From: Ascidiella aspersa
Taxonomy: Eukaryota
Reading direction: 5' to 3'
Length of the DNA stretch: 64,000 bases
Assembly: GCA_963924565.1 (NCBI GenBank)
Contig: OZ004608.1
Location: 33,108,001-33,172,000, forward strand
The position numbers and the translations under genes are program-made. This document shows positions 21,801-35,277 of this stretch, piece by piece. Each line of letters opens with the position of its first letter. Position 1 is the first letter of the stretch. Under the pieces are notes generated by a model, which saw only the letters and a program-made list of their open reading frames with translations, was not told where the DNA came from and searched no databases.

Positions 21801-23019
21801 GTCAGATACGTTAAGATTTTTGTTTTCAAAGTTTGGAAGGTAATATTCAAAGATTGCAAACAGCGCTTGAATGATTTATGCGGGGTCTGCGTTTTTTATG
21901 TGTTTACCCAAAAATAAATTATCTGGCACCAATTATCTGATTCTTATTAAGTTTTAATCATAATAATTATATGACAGATCGCGTGCAGTAAGTAAATTAT
22001 ATGAGTGCTGATTTGATTTGAATAGCTTTTTGTTCTGCCGCCTTTTTTTAATTAGAAGCGAACCCCGTCGTTTAAAGCTTTCCCTCCAAGTACCCCTTAA
22101 AGTTACCCAATGTTTTTAAATAAAAGAATAGTTATTGGATGTAACACTTTATATTTAGGCCTTCTTTGAATTTAATTTTACTACAATATTGCAATTAAAG
22201 TTCACAAGTATTTAACAATGAAAGCTTGGTTTTGCCCCATCCCCCCATTTTTTTTTAAATTAAAAGAAAAAAATATAAGGATCCGGTAACATGATAATTT
22301 TTTGGATAATTTTGAATGTAGCAAACCACTCACTGAATTTCTAAAATTGTTCTTCCAGGAAAAATTTGCGATTCATTCTAGAGTTGTCTATGCCTATAAA
22401 TTAAACTATAAAATCAAATCAATGCCTGGCAGCATCAATATATTCACTCTATTAAAAAGGAAGGGGTTTACCAAGTCAGAAATTTCGACACTAAGTTAGA
22501 GGTATGAGCTGTAACGCTTAATTTGGCAAGGCTTTTTCCTGCTCGATTTAGTCCGGCGCACTTTCAAAGTGATTTTTGGCACGCGAAGGTATGAACGTAT
22601 AGGAAGTGCGGGGGCAAAGTGAGAAGCCCTAATCGCTTTTTTTGGGCAGCCTCCATAGGCGATGACAGACACGCGTCAGAAACCGTTCGGCGTGCAAATT
22701 GCCTTTGCTGATAAGCGGGTGCTGAAAAGAACCCGGGACCGCGTTTTGCTCAACCTCGTAAAGATAAGGGCCGGAAAAGAAAACAAATCTCAGCTTGGTC
22801 GTACGGGACTTCTTCTCTCGTAAAAGTAAATAGATTCCTTTCGATATTCCAATTTTAATTTTTCATTTATTTTAAAGATGAAAATTATATATACAAAAAT
22901 GAAAACTTAAAAAATGCGAGACTGAAATTGAACACAGAATTTACAGTAGGTTATTGGACGATTGTGTTGCAAAGATGTCATTGCTAATTCATTTTTATTG
23001 CGCGAAGAGCATCCGATGG

Positions 23020-23280
23020 CCTGCGGCACCCCGCAGAAATTTGCGGCACCCCAACTATAACTTTCGTTAAGTGTTTCACAATAATGTCACACCAAACATA
23101 ACTGCAACAACATACGTAACTCTACGTAATTTAGGAAATTGTAATTTGATTTAAGTACTTTAATTCTATACACAAAGATTTGAAAAATGCACACCAATTA
23201 GGCATATATAAGATTCTAAACATTTCAAAATACCTCTCGGCTCCCTTGATCATTAGAAATAAAACGGTTGTGAACCACTG
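23020..23280 (-). mobile_element. hAT MITE family A, reverse, partial
   Basis: GCGGCACCCC twice and terminal GGTTGTGAACCACTG. Confidence 0.7.
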
Positions 23281-24154
23281 TTTTAGGCTAAAGGTCCATT
23301 TACAAAATCAGGGCCTAAGCAATACAAAAACAGGCAATGATGGTGCCAAATAAGCACACACAGTATATTTAAATGGCGCAAAATCCCAGTTAAAGCAGCA
23401 CTGCATTTTACGAAACGTACGACGAAGGCCTGTCGGTTTCAACATTCCACTGTGCCAGATTGCATAGAGTGATTATCCGGCCAAGATTCAAAAGACTGTT
23501 TATTGACTTGTGTGCGGATGTGAAAGCCTCCCAAACAAAACTACGTGTCGCGGTGCGGGCTCGGTGCAAAAGCATCTTGAACTCCCTGCGACCCCTAGGG
23601 ACCCACTTTGTGGGTGAAAGCGATGGGGGAGGGGTGAAAGTGAAAAAACAGGAGGGCTGATGGATTTGTCGCGTTCTCATTGAGGCGGAACCATCTAGAT
23701 CGCGCGCGTTTTCGGCTTGGCGCCTTTTTGTGTTTTGCGCGGGAGTGGAAGGCCCAAGGTCACTCTTAAAGGTCACAGCGCCTCGCTTGAACACGAGGCT
23801 CGTCACGGCAGCGATTTTTGATTGACAGGCGCCGTATACCTTTAAAGCGCCTTGAATTCTGCGTATATTATATGTACTGTACAGTAGATTTATAGGCAGT
23901 GGTATTTAACCTTCCATGGTGTTTGACACCTTACGATAGAATCTTTACACACTTGCCCCCCGCTCATCCATAAAGTAGCTATAGCTGAGATTAATGTGTT
24001 TCTGTGTGTTTCATAAAATGTGTTTCATATAACTAGAAAAGGTGAAAAATAAATAGACTGATGGACAGACGACTCATATTAAAAGCAATGGTATTTAAAT
24101 AATTGAAAAAATCACAGTCATATAAATTTTATTGCATATAGTTATTATTATTGC

Positions 24155-24497
24155 TAGGGATGCCCGATAATATCAGGTCGGGTCCAATACCCGATGTCAT
24201 GTGTTAGTATCGGTACTCCTCTGATACCAAATTAGTATAGAAATTTCATCCAAGATTTGTGATTCTACCTTTAAAAGTGATGTAAAATAAATTGGTTAAC
24301 GACTGAACATAAATAAACTTCTTTAACGCGAAAGCAATTGTTGGCCTACTAACCTGAGGAAGTTTGCCTTTAATTGATTTCATTTGTTTTGTTGTTTGAG
24401 CACAGTAATGACGTCATTTGGTTTAAGATAGGATCGCCCATACTTTTGACTAGAATATCGGGCATCAGTATTGGAAAAAAAGTATCAGACATCCTTA
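24155..24497 (-). mobile_element. MITE family D
   Basis: TAGGGATGCCCGATAATATC...TATCAGACATCCTTA; AGTAATGACGTCATTTGGT shared with the 16605 copy; another 5' fragment at about 20802-20860. Confidence 0.75.
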
Positions 24498-25541
24498 GTT
24501 TCTACTGGTAGAGTGGACTAAAATTGTTCAGAAATACATATCACGGATAACACAAGGAAGGTTTATAATGTCATAATCCCAAGTAAAACACAAGTTTAAG
24601 TAAAACTGGATAAACTTAATATAGTGAAAATTGAGGGTAACAATTTTCCGACAGAGTTATGCGGCGAGCTGACCGTACCCCTTACATAAACCGCCTCCTT
24701 GGCTATTCAAGGGGGGCAAGGACTTTGGATGAGAAGCCTTTGACTTGAGCGACATGTGCTGTATACATTTTAAGCTCCTTCGGAGGTGCGTATATTCATC
24801 TATATATAGGTTTGCTCGTATGCCTCGTCAAACTTCACGCTTGGCGGCAAAGAAGGCTTTGCAAACTCCGACCCTTGCTTGGTGTTTGGTTTCAGCAGTT
24901 TAGCCTAGTTTTTCTTCGCAGCAGCAGTCCGCTACGGAACAGCTAGAAATAACAGCAGGTCGCCTCTTCAAAGCGCCGTCTTCCCTAAGTAAAGGGCTGT
25001 TTGCTTTGCAAAAGAACCCCGAAGTTGGCTATAGCAGAGTTTTTGTCGGCGAAAATCCTAACTGGCGTTTTAACGCGTTTCTCGTGTTGTTTTGCTTCGG
25101 TTCGAGTTAGGCAAACTAACCAGTCGAGTAGATTCGCGCGTAGCCCACTTAACCTGCTGACGACAATCCTTAGAATCACTGCCAGTGAAATGGAATTCTT
25201 ACCGCAGTAAAGCGTTTTCCCGGCTCTCGACCCAAATGTTTGATAATATATAGGGTAGGCCTGATTGCTCATCTGGTCAATGGGATTTTGGCGTGTAAGA
25301 GTTTCTCAACCTCTTAACTCTGGGAAAATTAGAATTCCAAAAGTAAACCGTTATCCTAGAAGTTAAATTTAGCATCATAAAACAACTAACGTTACTCTAA
25401 TAATAAATATGAAACATTTTGTTGGAGTGTAAACAGTTGCTCTCATCTATTATGCATTGTTATCTATTTATAAAAAACAGCTCTTTTAGTATTTGTAAAA
25501 GCCCTGTTTTTCAAAACATTGCATTACGGCGTTCGGTGTCA

Positions 25542-25589
25542 TTCACCCTGAAGAAGGCAACTTGGACAGGTTTCCAAAACGTTGGTTAA
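25542..25589 (+). ncRNA. Decayed minimal type I hammerhead ribozyme of the Penelope-like retroelement type
   Basis: TTCACC-CTGAAGA-A-GGCAAC-ttggacag-GTTTCC-AAAA-CG-TT-GGTTAA: stem I 5/6, core CUGANGA, stem II 5/6, palindromic ACGT stem III; G12 mutated to A. Confidence 0.6.
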
Positions 25590-27297
25590 CAGTTACAATT
25601 ACCAGAGGAGCTGCTTGGAAGCAACAGTTTATGTATTCTTATCTATGCATATTTAAACTGTGATCCTGAATGCATAATGCAGATCTTCTTAACCGCATGA
25701 ATGCACATGGCATTTACCACCAGGTAACGTATATTTTGGGAGAAGGCGCGAGTGCTGATAAATCATGTGCAAAATTGGGTTGTCAAAAAAATTAAACACG
25801 CTTGATTTTATCTCCACATGCCCTGAAACAAGCCAAGCCCCCTTCCAATCCCTTCACACAGAAATTAACTTTCCTGCAGAAACGCGAAAAAGTCTTCTTT
25901 GCATTGCGTCTGAGCTAATCGGCCGACGATGGACGCGTTCTGTTCCGACAAGCATGTCTTTGGCAGCTTAATCTGAACGTCAGCGCCTCGCAGTGTCAGC
26001 CACCGTTTGCGGTTGAGCGCATTAAAGCCAGGCAACATCCAATTTGGCCAGAAACCGCTCGCCGAGGTCTTAGTCCGTCGCTTTAAACTTCTCTTTAGCT
26101 GTGTGTATATCAAAGGGCGGCAATTACACCGGGCCGTTATAGGAGATTACAAATCGAGGTGCGTCCATCTTTGTGTGCTTGTGTACGTCTGTGACCGGAG
26201 TTGTGAAGCAAGCAACGAAGCACCGATTTCCGCCTCCCTTTGGAGACCCGCGAATGCGCTATGATGAAATTTGTTTTCCTGTTAAAAAAAAGTGTTAAAA
26301 AAAAAGCAAAGGCTTGAAAAAAAGAAAGGCTTGAAATAAGAAAGTTGTTTTTTTCATATTTCAGAGCCCAATAATCTTAATCTTGACTTTCTTTTCTTTT
26401 TTTCCGATTTTTAAATAAAGTAAACGTTTCGAACGGACTCACATCAACTCTGATAACTTTCTTTCAATTTGTTTATCATAACGTTAAATAGATTTTTTTA
26501 ATGAGGCTGATTTTGTACCTCACCTGTACCGTTTATGTTTTAAAAATGCCTATAAGGAGACTGTTTGTTACGTACGTAACCACTTTGGGGTGACATGGTG
26601 TCTTTCTAAACGAGAAAAACAATAGTGTGAAACAACTAATATGTTCTTACTTTTGCCTGAATTGGTCCTACTTTTATAACTTTGAACTAAAAAGATCTTA
26701 CTTTTTTGAGTGGGTTAATTCTTTTTTCGATATTTGTTTGCGAAGAAACTTTATACAAATCACGTTTTTGAACGAAATGCAAAATGGATTATCAAAAAAA
26801 AAAACTCTAATTAATGATCAAATGTCTGCACCTCTAAGTTAAGAATCTTGGTGGTACGTCGTACCAGCAGTAATTTATCTTTACTAGAACGCTGTTCATG
26901 ACCGTGTTGGATAACTTCACCCTTTACGGATACTTCTAAGTGAGATTGCCGTTGACTACTTGCGATATCGCATCTTTGCCTTTGCAGTACATAGGCTACT
27001 AATTGCCGGTTGTGATGTGCATTTGTCCGGCCACACATGTCGGTGGCGGAGATCGTGCCTTTCCTATTACTCTTTCTGGATTAACGTTCGTTTCATGTGG
27101 CCGGTAAGCAACTGTGTTGAGTCAACCGGACAACCGACAATTATGGGGTTAATCAAATAGATTTAGCCTCCTGTCGTATACAACTAATTACGACCTTGAC
27201 TTCTGGGAAGCGGAATATCTAACAGGCGGAGTGAATCGAGAATATAGCTAACTTGTTAAAATGGACTTTATACCACGATTTTGGTGGATAACATTCA

Positions 27298-27724
27298 CAG
27301 TGTTGTAAACAAGTCATTTGTAAAATAACTTAAGTCCTAGTCAATTCAAGTCCCAGTCAATTTTTATCAAGTGCTTGTCATAAAAATTAAACTTCAAACT
27401 ACTAACATTGATAAACTTGCTCGATTACGAGCAATAACTTAAATAAAAAATAACAAAAACGCAACATATAGCAAAACAAATTGTTTTAATTAAAAAACTC
27501 TTACATATATAACAAAATTTTACAACAAACCGTTTAATAAAAACACCTAATTTTAACCCATGTCATTTTTTTGTAATACTTGCGTCAAGTCAAGTCATTT
27601 TTCTAAAAGACTTAAGTCAAGTCAAGTCATTTTTTCAATAAGACTTACGTCAAGTCAAGTCATTTAAAAACAGTGAGTGAAGTGCATTGAAGTCAAGTCA
27701 TTGACTTTTGTCATTACAACACTG
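27298..27724. mobile_element. Non-autonomous DNA transposon (family C, hAT-like) with AAGTC repeats
   Basis: Perfect 11-bp TIR CAGTGTTGTAA/TTACAACACTG, imperfect 8-bp TSD AACATTCA/AGCATTTA, subterminal (AAGTC)n. Related fragments at about 18466-18810, 33883-33950, 13110-13260 (rev) and 10530-10650. Confidence 0.8.
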
Positions 27725-29589
27725 AGCATTTAATTCAAGAATATTTGCTGATAAAATCCTAAAATTATGAGATCTGGGAATTACAAATAATGAAAATCCC
27801 TACAACTTTTATGGTGTGTTTAGGTTTGAAGTCTCGTCAGTCAAATGCGCTAAATGTTTCGGAAAGTAATTAAGTAGCCACACTTGTCATACACTACTGG
27901 TAAATTCTCCCTAACAAACGTATGTTTCACCCACGATTTCATTACAAGTCTATTTATATGAAATTACCAGGTGCGCTCGAAAACATTACGTGAACTAATC
28001 ATCTGTCACTGAGAAAATGTAGTGGTTGGAGCATCATATGGGTAATTCGCTTTGCTGACATCTGTATATCAATCGTAAAAGGTGAAGGGCATGACGTGAT
28101 TTGTGGCCTAGCTCAGCAGATTCATAGGTTTAATACTATGTGTGCATAACATTTTCTTTTGAATTACGCAATGCGATCCCATCGTTTCGTCTAGAATAAA
28201 AATAAGCCTGTCCTGTATTTCAAATAATTGTAAAAATGTTTTTCATTTCGCAAATGTGCTACTAGATTTGTCTTGAAACGTCCAGCAGTTATAAACAGAA
28301 AAGCAAGCATATTCCTTGTTTGTCAAATTAAAAGTTTTCACTTCTGCACACTTCGAATGATGTTAAAAATGAGGGAAAATTTCGAATGAGGGAAAATGCA
28401 TATAAACAAAAGAAAACATTAAAATAAGAAAATAAATCGAAACAAATGTAATCAAGATCGTCAAAATCTGTTGCTATAACTTTGCAAAAAGGATTGTTTA
28501 AGATATTTTAAAGGGGGAGTTTGATTTGCAATGCTACCGTTTTTGAACAGGCATAGTTACTAGACCAAATGCTAGAAAAAACATCTTGAAAAAACATACT
28601 AATTAACTATTCATTATTTTTTTCTTTGCTAAAGATTGTAGTTATTTTACTGAAACGTTATTATTATTAAAATAGATTTTCAGCTAAACAATACACACAA
28701 AAAAATAATAATATGCAGAGTTCAAAAAAAAACTAACGAGATACCCATCAAATAATGAAGCTTTGAACACAGAAAAAAAAAACAGATAAAAAATGAAAAA
28801 AGGTGAAACAGAAAGGTAAAAAAATTGGAAAATACAGGGTCGGACATTTTGTTCCACATCAAGACGTTATTTGCCACTAAGGCATCTTTACACCCTAAAT
28901 TCTGACACGTGCCGCCTTTGGCTTAGGGCCACCCACAAAACTAGATTCTGCTCGCCCAAAATCTTCGCATTTTTCCGCCACGCTTCCACAAACGACAGCG
29001 TGGTTGGTGGCAGCAGCAGTAACGACCCCCTTTTTTTGCCGCTCCGGGCCGCAATGAAAACACGACGCCGCGTCGCGATTCCTTTGTGTCCGATCTGGAA
29101 TTCATCGCGCGTCTCCAAGTCTAGAAGCGCACCGCCTTCCCACGGGAAATCCAACCCGTTGCCTTGTTTTTACGCCGTCATCGCCTGGGCGTTAAAATGC
29201 ACCTTATACAGCGCTATTGTAATACAGTAGTAGTATAGTGGTGTAGCGGTGTGATGGTTGTAGTACTATAGCCGCGACTGCGACACCTTTTCGCTCAGGC
29301 TTTTTATTTTGGCATTTGCGGTGCGCTAAAAGCCTTATTCCCCCTCAAAAGCTTTGTCCGAAGAATTATAGGCTCTCTGTAAACCGCGCCGCTACAGATT
29401 GGCCATTTTGCACACAAGAATACACCATTGTGCTACCTGTAAAAGAAAAATGCGACATATGGCGGGGTAGATAGACGTGAATTTTAAAATATGTTCGTTT
29501 TACGTTTGCTCATGTCTTAAAGATCATGATCCTTTACTACTAAAAGTAATTCAAATACCACATAACACGCCAGCTACGTTATTCTAACT

Positions 29590-29862
29590 CAGTGGTTCTA
29601 CACTTATTGTGCCATTTTAAACGCTCAGACATATTTCATATTGTGTAGGATTTAAATTTTTGCTCTATTGGTAAGTTTTTGTACAATTTGTTTTGTACAA
29701 TGAAAATGTTTTTTGAAACTTGTTGCACAGTTGATGTCCCGTTACAATCCCGTTTATTGTAATGTTACAGTTAACCACACAGCAAAAATACGAGCAAGGG
29801 TGCCGCCAACTATTTATAACTTCTGTAGGTTGCCGCAAGCCAAAAAAGGTTGGGAAACACTC
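29590..29862 (+). mobile_element. hAT MITE family A
   Basis: CAGTGGTTCT...GGTTGGGAAACACT; internal ACAGTTAACCACACAGCAAAAATACGAGCAAGGGTGCCGC is identical to the 50449 copy. Confidence 0.8.
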
Positions 29863-31944
29863 AAACTGAACGTTCGGGATAATTAATTATTATCAGTCTG
29901 GCCTATAAGTGCTCTTTGATTGAAGAAAATAGATAAATCTAGACCAAAAATTTACTCACCAAGAATATATGTGAAGCTTTAAATATATCTATTTCAGACC
30001 GACTATAGTTTCAGCGTTTCCTAATAGCCTACGCAAGAAATCATGTATTGTTTCGTACATAATTGGCGAACTCCGTATACTTCTCGTTCCACGCCTTTGT
30101 CACGTGACCACGTATCAGTGACGCGAAACCAATATAGACAAAAAGCTATCGATTTAAACGCAATCCTTTTTTTTGAAAAAGGGTCCTCGAATTCTTCTGC
30201 CATAATTTTGGAACTCGTCGAGTTCGTTGCACTGGATCACTTAAAATTGGAGTGCTGGTATTTTTTCCTAGACTTTTCGTCTCGAAGAAGCTCGAACTGT
30301 TTGTTTGCAGTTCAAGTAATTGGATTTTAATTGCCTCACGCTTGAGATTATAAAATATCACTGGATCACGGAATATCAGTACAGATATATAGGATGGGAA
30401 TGCGCTAAAGACATACGGATTGGCAAAAAGACTAGGAAATCTCCGTTTAAAACACCAATTTTGCCTTTTTGTGATCCAAATTCTGCCATTTTGCGAAAGT
30501 TTGAGCTCGTTTTATTTTTCTAGAAGTTTGAGCAATTTTTACTGGTTTCTGTGATGCTTTATTCTCAAGTTTGAAAATCACGCGAAATAAACACGTAAGA
30601 TAATAAAGATCGATATTATAAGATGGAGAAATCTAAAAACGACTTTTAACCTCCATATTTGGTCCACTTCGGTCGGTATTTTGTAGACTAATTAAAATAA
30701 CGACTCACCGGTCACAAAACGCCACGTCATCAAACCAGTGACGTCATTCGACAGCTTTAGGAAGCCGCTCCTCGCAAAAAAGTCCGTGTCTTTGCAACGT
30801 CGTCGTCGCGATGTCCCTTTGTTCTACGGGCTGGCGTCGCCGGCTGATCGAAATTATACGTTGCCGCCAATAACGGTGACGCAGTTTTTTTAATTGCTCA
30901 ATTTCTCGGCCTAAGCTTTAAGGCTTAAGGCCAGCGCTACGCAGAACACGAAGACAGCGCGCTGAGCGATATTTGTACTGGAAAGAGCTAATTGCAAGCT
31001 CGAAATCGCCAATTAAGCCAGAGGCTGGCATTTCTCGAATAACGACTGGCTGCTATTGAATCGTAGGATAGTGGGGACGTGCGAAATTGCCACGCTGTGT
31101 GTAATGTTGGTATAACTGGCTGAGATTTATCGCGCGTGGGAAATTGTTCGATGTTGTGTGTGGTGGTGGTGTAAAGCGTCAACCTGTTCTTTGTGTGCGG
31201 AGGAAGTCCATTAGTATTGTCGATGAGGTAACTGCGCTTGGAGGTGGAGTCGGCCCATAACAGCCACAATAAAGATTGTATCGCCCGAAAACCTCGTCAG
31301 AATGCGGGGATATGATTCTTCATTTACATATTATACAATATACTGAAATTTCGATGCATAACCACAAACAACTATAATGCAAAACCAAACTTCGAGCTGA
31401 GCCTAATGCGATAAATTAGGCCTGGGTAATTCTGCAAGTTTGTGTTTGCCGTATTTTGCTCTAACCGAAGACATAATACAGTTAAACCTTGTTGAATATA
31501 CCTTAAAACTAATTTTTTGGATAAAATTTTAACTGAAGGATAGTTTCAAAGAGCTGACTAAAGTTTTTTTTTAACTTGGAAACGATTTATTCGCATTTTA
31601 AATCGATTTTGACTTGAAATAATTATGACAAACTTTGACCTAACGTGTAAATTATGACATAATTTTTACTTTTATTGAAAAGTCAAAAAAGAATCGCCCT
31701 ACTTCTTCACCAGAATTCTTAAAATGTAAAGGCTTTAAAACTTTTTCATTAAGGTATAGTCATGCTAAATCGATAAACGTTTTGCTGCTACTCTGACGGA
31801 GCGATCCAATTTCCAATAAATTTTTTTCGAAAATTTGTTGATACGTGCGACATATTTAATGCTGGAAAACCTATATTTTGACATTTTTCTGGTACTGCAA
31901 AACCTCGTTTGCGAGTCTTTCGCTCGTTGTTTCGCAATCTTTTT

Positions 31945-32015
31945 AGGCTTGCGGCACCCTACCGAAATTATAAATAGTTATATTTTGTTCCTAGAGTGCC
32001 GGTTAAGAACCACTG
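31945..32015 (-). mobile_element. Internally deleted family A MITE fragment
   Basis: TTGCGGCACCC followed closely by terminal GGTTAAGAACCACTG. Confidence 0.6.
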
Positions 32016-34999
32016 CTTTAGCTCATCGGAATCATATTTACTGTACCAGGAAAAAAATCACAAAAATCTCTCCAGATGTGAAACCGTTTGAAAGATCGCT
32101 TCCGATAAGACACACTTTTCGGCTGCTGCAGAACTGCATCTTTATCACGTCACAGTTGCTCATACGAAAGAGCCGCGTCTTTGTCACGTCACAATCGCGA
32201 TCCCGGATGCGCGACAATCGGCGATCGCGTGCTGTCAATCATCGCGATCGCGACCGAAGGTTTCGAGCGACAGACGAAGATCCGATCGTTAGCGACATTT
32301 TGTCGGGACGCATAATACGACAGACGTTCGGGCAAAATGCTTCTTTGTCGGTTCGTGTCAGATTAATTCTGCGTTTTCACCTTCGCGCGATTATTCTCAA
32401 GCTTTGAAACACATACACTACTTTATACATTTCAGGAAAACTGCTTTACTGCGAAGGAAAGACAACAGAAATAGTTCCGCTTGACCTTGGGCTATTTTTA
32501 AAATCGTTTTCGAGAAGGCACTTGGAACTTTTTAAACAATGTGACCTATAAAGCCTTTCTGTGGCCTTCGTAATCATTTTAAACCAGATGTTCTCAAACT
32601 ATTGAGTGGTGAAGAAACTTCAAGAGATCCGCGCGGAATCCTTTGTATAAAATTTATTGACTGGCAAATTTCATGAACCGGAGCACATTCCTCCTAACAG
32701 TTTGTAACTGCAGTAATCATTTCAGCTTGAGTACAGTAAATGTAATAACTATATACAGTGGAAAACGTGAAACGTTTTATAAAATCAGGTTCCGCGTTTT
32801 TAAAAGATTTAAAGGAGGCTCCTAAAGGTAAAACAAGATAAACACTGTTCTCTTTGTTTGAATGTAACCAAATAATAATTGCTATGTTATGGAAAGCCTG
32901 TCACACATTTTTTGGCAAGTCTAGAAACGTATTATCACTTTTTGTATTTTGACTCGTACCATGGCTTATACGGTGGCCACTAATTTACCGATTGCGGGCT
33001 GCGGTCTTAGTTTTGCCGACCCGGCCCGCGACGTATTGCCCTATTGAAGATAAAAACAGTTAAAATCTTGTCGGGTACAATTTAAAAACAAATTCCAATG
33101 ACATTTTAAACTGCAGAAATGATTTAATAAAGCTCACTTCCATTTATTCGAAAAAAACGACGCTAAACCTTAATCCGGCGAAATGGCTCGGGAACAATCC
33201 ATCTTTTCGTTTTCGTTTTCATCGTTTTCCAGGCGCCTTCGCCGACGCGTCGATTGGCAAGTCTAAATCGAGCTGTCAGCGCCGCAAAAGGTCGGCTACA
33301 AACACTGCTGTAACAACAGCTTCCGCGGGATTTCGGCGCTTGTGTTCCCGCCGACCATGAGACGTTCCCATGCCGGTGCTTGTACAAATAAACCACCGCG
33401 ACGCGCCAACAGAGAACAGTGACGCAACAAAGCCTTTGTTGTTGCACCCCGAGAAAATACCCCCCGCTCCGCTCGGTTCGCGACACCCCCGAGATATATT
33501 TGGCCGATGTGTAATAGGCCCGGGTCCGCCCCACGCGAGACAAGCTCGATATAAATCATATAAGGCGTTGTGAGTGAATCACGTTGTTGCTGATTCAACC
33601 ACATCGCTGCTCTGCTCTTGTATATACGACCGCTTCTGTGCTGTTCGTCGATTTTGCGATATCGTCTTTTGTATGTTTAATGAACAATGGGCAGTTGCTT
33701 GTCAATTTCGCGCGGAAAATCTACGCGAGATACAAAGTCTGTATAGTCTGAAGTTGTGATCCCGACAAGCAAATATCATCGCAATTTTCCGATATTTTGA
33801 CTTAAATAGTTGTGATAGACGATTTAATAAAGCCATCTATATATTTATTTTTTTAAACGTAAAAATAGTTGACGCAGCATTGCAGTTTTGTAAACAAGTC
33901 ATTTTGAAATTACTTAAGCCCAAGTCAAGTCTTTTGAGATAATCACAAGGGAAGAGTTAAACTAATATTAGGGTAAACTCTTTATTGTTATAAGGCAATG
34001 GTGAAAGTTGCACCGTAAGTTACACAGCATAAGACAAAACAAACTATTTTATCGTTCTTTAGCGTCAAAATACATCTATTTTTTTTTAATTAAAAGACGA
34101 AATATAATTTAAAACTTGAAATATAAATTACGTGCGAAAACCAAATGTTCAAAACCAATTTTTGTCCATACAACCTAAACAAATGACAAAAGGGAAAAAA
34201 AATCGTCGTTTATTTCGAGTTTTCTTTCAGAATGAATCCTAGACTAAAACCTTAGACATGGAGAAAGACAGTTAGACAACTTAATATTATTTAATCTCAT
34301 GATTGGCAATAATATATTTTTCACCAGGTGAAAACGATGATTTGCGTAACCTATTTATTTTATTGACTTATTGTGTTCCAACGATCCATATTTACCCGTT
34401 TAAAGCAACTTGCTCGATTTACTAAAGCATTGGTTAGGTTGCAGTTTCAATTTCACATGAAAACCTGATGCCCGGGATAATTGGAGAGAAGTGTTCACGC
34501 ACTTGTATTTCCGACTCGTTTTCACGCGACACAATAGGGTTTGTTTTGCATCGCGCCCCCTTAACCCGGCCCCCGCAATACCGCCCCAATAGAGGGGCGC
34601 CCGAAACCCGACAAGTGGCAAATTGCCCCATTCGGGTTTCTGTTATCGCAGCCTAAGATAGCGGACTCTTAGGAATTTATTTGTCGAGTGGAGAGACGAG
34701 AGTTCCAAACCGGGCCTGGCTCCCTTTTTTGGCCAAGCTTTTAGGCAATTATAAATCCTGGCCGGTTGGCCCAAGCGCGTGTATTGTTTTTTTACTACTG
34801 CCGTAGACTTCGCATTGCGATGTTTTACGATAATAGAACTGAAAGGAGTAGTCAGCTTATACAGTATGATCGCCTCTAACGCAGTCGGCCCCTATTTTAT
34901 TTCTTGTCTTAAGCACAACTTGTGAACAATGCAATTAATGCTAGAAACGTGTTAAAAAAACGAATAGTCGTCGCTATTGAACGACAATACCACCCAAAC

Positions 35000-35277
35000 C
35001 TGGGGTTTGTGAACTGGGGTATGTGGACCCCGTTGGGGTACATGAACTAGTTTTAGGAGCTCAATGAAGGCCTAATTAAAATCTTAGTTTACAATTTGAA
35101 AAATGGAAAAAAATTATTAGGCGCCTTCTCCTTTAATGGATTTAGACCTTAGCTCAGTTTCATTTAAGTTAACTTATTTTATGACGTCATACCTAAAAAT
35201 TATAAAGCGACCCTAGTCCACGCGAAACAAAAATATTTTCTAGGGGGTCCTCGTTAAAATCAGATTTAGAATCCTTG
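35000..35277 (+). mobile_element. Degenerate family B hAT MITE
   Basis: Shares GAACTAGTTTTAGG..ATGAAGGCCTAATTAAA with the 12081 copy; TSD ACCCAAAC/ACCTAAAC (7/8). Confidence 0.85.

Noticed and set aside
31835-32407. 190-aa ORF
   Set aside because: It spans a MITE fragment and a CpG-rich motif patch, starts at TTG, and has no domain or splice support.
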